A stretch of 64,000 bases of DNA from Comamonas sp. (lineage in GTDB: Bacteria; Pseudomonadota; Gammaproteobacteria; Burkholderiales; Burkholderiaceae_C), in contig NZ_JAVXSJ010000001.1 of assembly GCF_036643215.1 (NCBI RefSeq), positions 219,531 through 283,530 of the forward strand, given 5' to 3'. This document shows, piece after piece, positions 61,622 to 64,000 of the stretch (position 1 is its first letter; each line of letters starts with the position of its first letter). The notes under the pieces were generated by a model, which worked only from the letters and a program-made list of their open reading frames with translations, did not search any database and was not told the DNA's origin. The translations under genes and the position numbers were made by a program.

Positions 61622-64000
61622 ATGGGAGACATGGCGGCAGACAAAAACTCAGGAGGCACGGTTTCATCTGCCCCATGGACTCGGCGCGTACTTCATGCCG
61701 GGGCTGCATTGACTGGGCTGGCCTTGCTGGCGGGCGCTGTTGGGGCCGTCTATGGCGTGCGGGCCCAGCCGCGCATGGATGGAAAACTGGCCGTGGCCGG
61801 GCTGGCAAGCAAGGTGTGGGTACGCCGAGATGAGGCGGATGTCACGCATATCAGCGCGCAATCTCCGCAGGATGTGTGGCGCGCGCTGGGATTTGTGCAC
61901 GCGCAGGAGCGGGGCTGGCAGCTCGAATTTAACCGGCGGCTGATGCAGGGGCGCTTGTCTGAAATTCTGGGCCCGGCCACGCTGGAGCTGGATCAACTCA
62001 TGCGTTCTCTGGATATTCGCGGCGCCGCCCGCCGCCAGTACCAAGCCCTGCCGCCATCGGTGCAGGAGTCGCTGCAGGTCTACAGCCACGGTATTGCCGC
62101 TTTCTACGCGAAGCCTTCGCAGGCCATGGCACCTGAATTTTTGCTGCTGGGCACCAAGGCCGGGGCGGGCGGGGCATCGGCCTGGGACCCTGAAGACACC
62201 GTCGGCTGGGCGCTGATGATGGCCTTGGATCTGGGGGGCAATTGGGGCAATGAATTTGCGCGGCTCAACTTGCTTCAGGTCTTGAGTACCGAGCAACTGT
62301 GGCAACTGATGCCCGCTTATCCGGGGGAGCAACCGGCTACGGCGGTTGATCTGGCCCAGCTTTATCGGCAGCTGGGCGTGTACCGCAACGCTGATGCCCT
62401 ACAAAAAGTCTCCGCCCCAGCGCAGCAGATTCAATCGGCCCTGCAGCAATGGGCTGGCGCAGCCGTGCGTGACATGGGCACCAATGATGGGCTGGGCAGC
62501 AATAACTGGGTGGTGGCAGGCAGCAAGACGAAAAGCGGTAAACCACTGCTGGCCAACGACCCGCATCTGGGCTTGAGCGCACCGGCTATCTGGTACTTTG
62601 CCCGCTTGCAGTCGCCGGGCGGCAGAGCGGCTGATGGCAGTCCCCTGAGCGCGCTGGATGTGACGGGCGCAACCTTGCCCGGAATGCCTTTTGTGGTGCT
62701 GGGTCGAACGGCCCAGGTGGCCTGGGGCTTCACCAACACCAATCCCGATGTACAAGATTTGTATCTTGAGCAGATCAACCCCGCAGATGCCAGCCAGTAC
62801 CGCACACCCGCGGGCTGGGAAAAATTTGGTGTGCGTGAGGAGGTCTTCAAGGTCAAAGGCCAGAGCGATGTGAAAGTGACGCTGCGCAGCACGCGCCATG
62901 GCCCGGTGGTCAGTGATGCGCAGCAGCAATACGGCAAGGTCATCAACACCGATAAATACGCGCTGGCCCTGCGCTGGGCGGCGCTGGACACGGACAACCG
63001 CACGGTAGAGGCCGGTCTTAAAGCCAATGGCGCGCAGACGGTGGCGCAACTGCTGGATGCATTTTCGGGCTACCACTCGCCCATGCAAAGCATTGTGGCT
63101 GCCGATGTGCATGGGGCTATCGGCTTCAAGGCCGCAGGCAAGGTGCCGGTGCGATCAAGTGCGCATGACTTGCGCGGCGTGGCCCCGGCCCCCGGCTGGG
63201 ATGCGCGCTATGACTGGCAGGGCTGGCTGAGTTACGCCCAGACTCCGCAGGATGATGGCAGCGCGCGCGGCTTTGTGGCTACGGCCAACCAGCGCGTGAC
63301 CGAGCCCGGTTACCCACATTTCTTGACCCAGGACTGGCATCTGCCGTATCGCTATCAGCGCATAGAACAGGCGCTGGTGGCCAGCAACCAGCATGACACA
63401 GCCAGCATGGCGGCGCTGCAGGGCGATGTGCAGTCGCTGGCCACGCAAGCGCTGCTGCCCGTGCTGCGCAGCTTGCAGTCAAACCATGCACTGGCTGAGC
63501 AGGCCCAGCAGTTGCTGGCGGGGTTTGAGGGGCAGATGGACAAGGTCCGCCCTGAGCCGCTGATTTTCTCGGTCTGGGTGGATGAACTGACGCGCGGCAT
63601 CGTCATCCCCCGCATTGGCGAGCAGCGCTTTGCCATGACCTATGGCAAGCGCGACTTTCGTGCCGGGCTGGAAGGCATTCTGGCGCGCAACGATGCGTGG
63701 TGGTGCGCACCGCTGAGCTGTGAACAGCAGGCAGGCGAGGCGCTGACCCGCACGTTGAGCAAGCTGCAGGCTGCTTACGGCAGCGATATGCGCCAGTGGC
63801 GCTGGGGCGATGCGCACCCTGCGCTGAGCGCGCACAAACCGTTTGGATCGGTGGCGGCATTGGCGGGTATTTTTAATGTCAGCGTGCCATCGGGCGGAGA
63901 TAGTTATACGGTCAACGTCGGTCAGTACAACGCCAACCCTGTGCCTGCGGATGTGAAAGCTGCGGCTGCCAGGAAGCTGCTGGGCGGGCGCTTTATCAGC
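61622..64000 (+). CDS. Penicillin acylase / peptidase S45 family Ntn-hydrolase (runs off the window end)
   Basis: Not in the ORF track. Manual translation gives an N-terminal TM/signal, GFVHAQERGWQ, the beta-chain start GSNNWVV and LLANDPHL. Confidence 0.9.
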   Translation, partial: MGDMAADKNSGGTVSSAPWTRRVLHAGAALTGLALLAGAVGAVYGVRAQPRMDGKLAVAGLASKVWVRRDEADVTHISAQSPQDVWRALGFVHAQERGWQLEFNRRLMQGRLSEILGPATLELDQLMRSLDIRGAARRQYQALPPSVQESLQVYSHGIAAFYAKPSQAMAPEFLLLGTKAGAGGASAWDPEDTVGWALMMALDLGGNWGNEFARLNLLQVLSTEQLWQLMPAYPGEQPATAVDLAQLYRQLGVYRNADALQKVSAPAQQIQSALQQWAGAAVRDMGTNDGLGSNNWVVAGSKTKSGKPLLANDPHLGLSAPAIWYFARLQSPGGRAADGSPLSALDVTGATLPGMPFVVLGRTAQVAWGFTNTNPDVQDLYLEQINPADASQYRTPAGWEKFGVREEVFKVKGQSDVKVTLRSTRHGPVVSDAQQQYGKVINTDKYALALRWAALDTDNRTVEAGLKANGAQTVAQLLDAFSGYHSPMQSIVAADVHGAIGFKAAGKVPVRSSAHDLRGVAPAPGWDARYDWQGWLSYAQTPQDDGSARGFVATANQRVTEPGYPHFLTQDWHLPYRYQRIEQALVASNQHDTASMAALQGDVQSLATQALLPVLRSLQSNHALAEQAQQLLAGFEGQMDKVRPEPLIFSVWVDELTRGIVIPRIGEQRFAMTYGKRDFRAGLEGILARNDAWWCAPLSCEQQAGEALTRTLSKLQAAYGSDMRQWRWGDAHPALSAHKPFGSVAALAGIFNVSVPSGGDSYTVNVGQYNANPVPADVKAAAARKLLGGRFIS

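Noticed and set aside
61664-63860. Many short ORFs at the right end of the window
   Set aside because: All are explained as shadows or off-frame fragments of the penicillin-acylase-family gene starting at 61622.

Overview
A GC-rich chromosomal segment from a Comamonadaceae-type betaproteobacterium (Comamonas-like; inferred from gene content and protein style, not computed). Left to right: glnD (partial), map, purL; an uncharacterised five-gene SWIM / DUF5691-like / MoxR-type AAA+ / DUF5682-like / VWA operon (E. coli yehLMPQ-like); yedI, ompW; egtD-egtB (ergothioneine); metY; a diguanylate cyclase; a 3'-5' exonuclease; a ~25 kb acyl-CoA catabolic region; then rlhA, an orphan Liv-type binding protein, a TadA fused to a degenerate dehalogenase-like domain, a His-rich LdcA, a triple-HTH/glycine-zipper membrane protein/SpoIIAA-like cluster, a stand-alone EF-G and a partial penicillin-acylase-family gene. 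The catabolic region holds an SCP2-thiolase/MaoC operon, AraC and TetR regulators, an atuBCDEF-like cluster lacking atuA but carrying a beta-keto-acid cleavage enzyme, and an SDR-BVMO-esterase module. Reading the DNA directly also showed (i) about 10 copies of a ~55 bp REP-like palindrome, several translated in frame or supplying start, stop or SD signals, and (ii) two gapless-alignable 101 bp elements that bracket the catabolic region as direct repeats. I saw no rRNA, tRNA, CRISPR array, integrase or transposase. All family assignments come from motif recognition by eye; no database searches were run.
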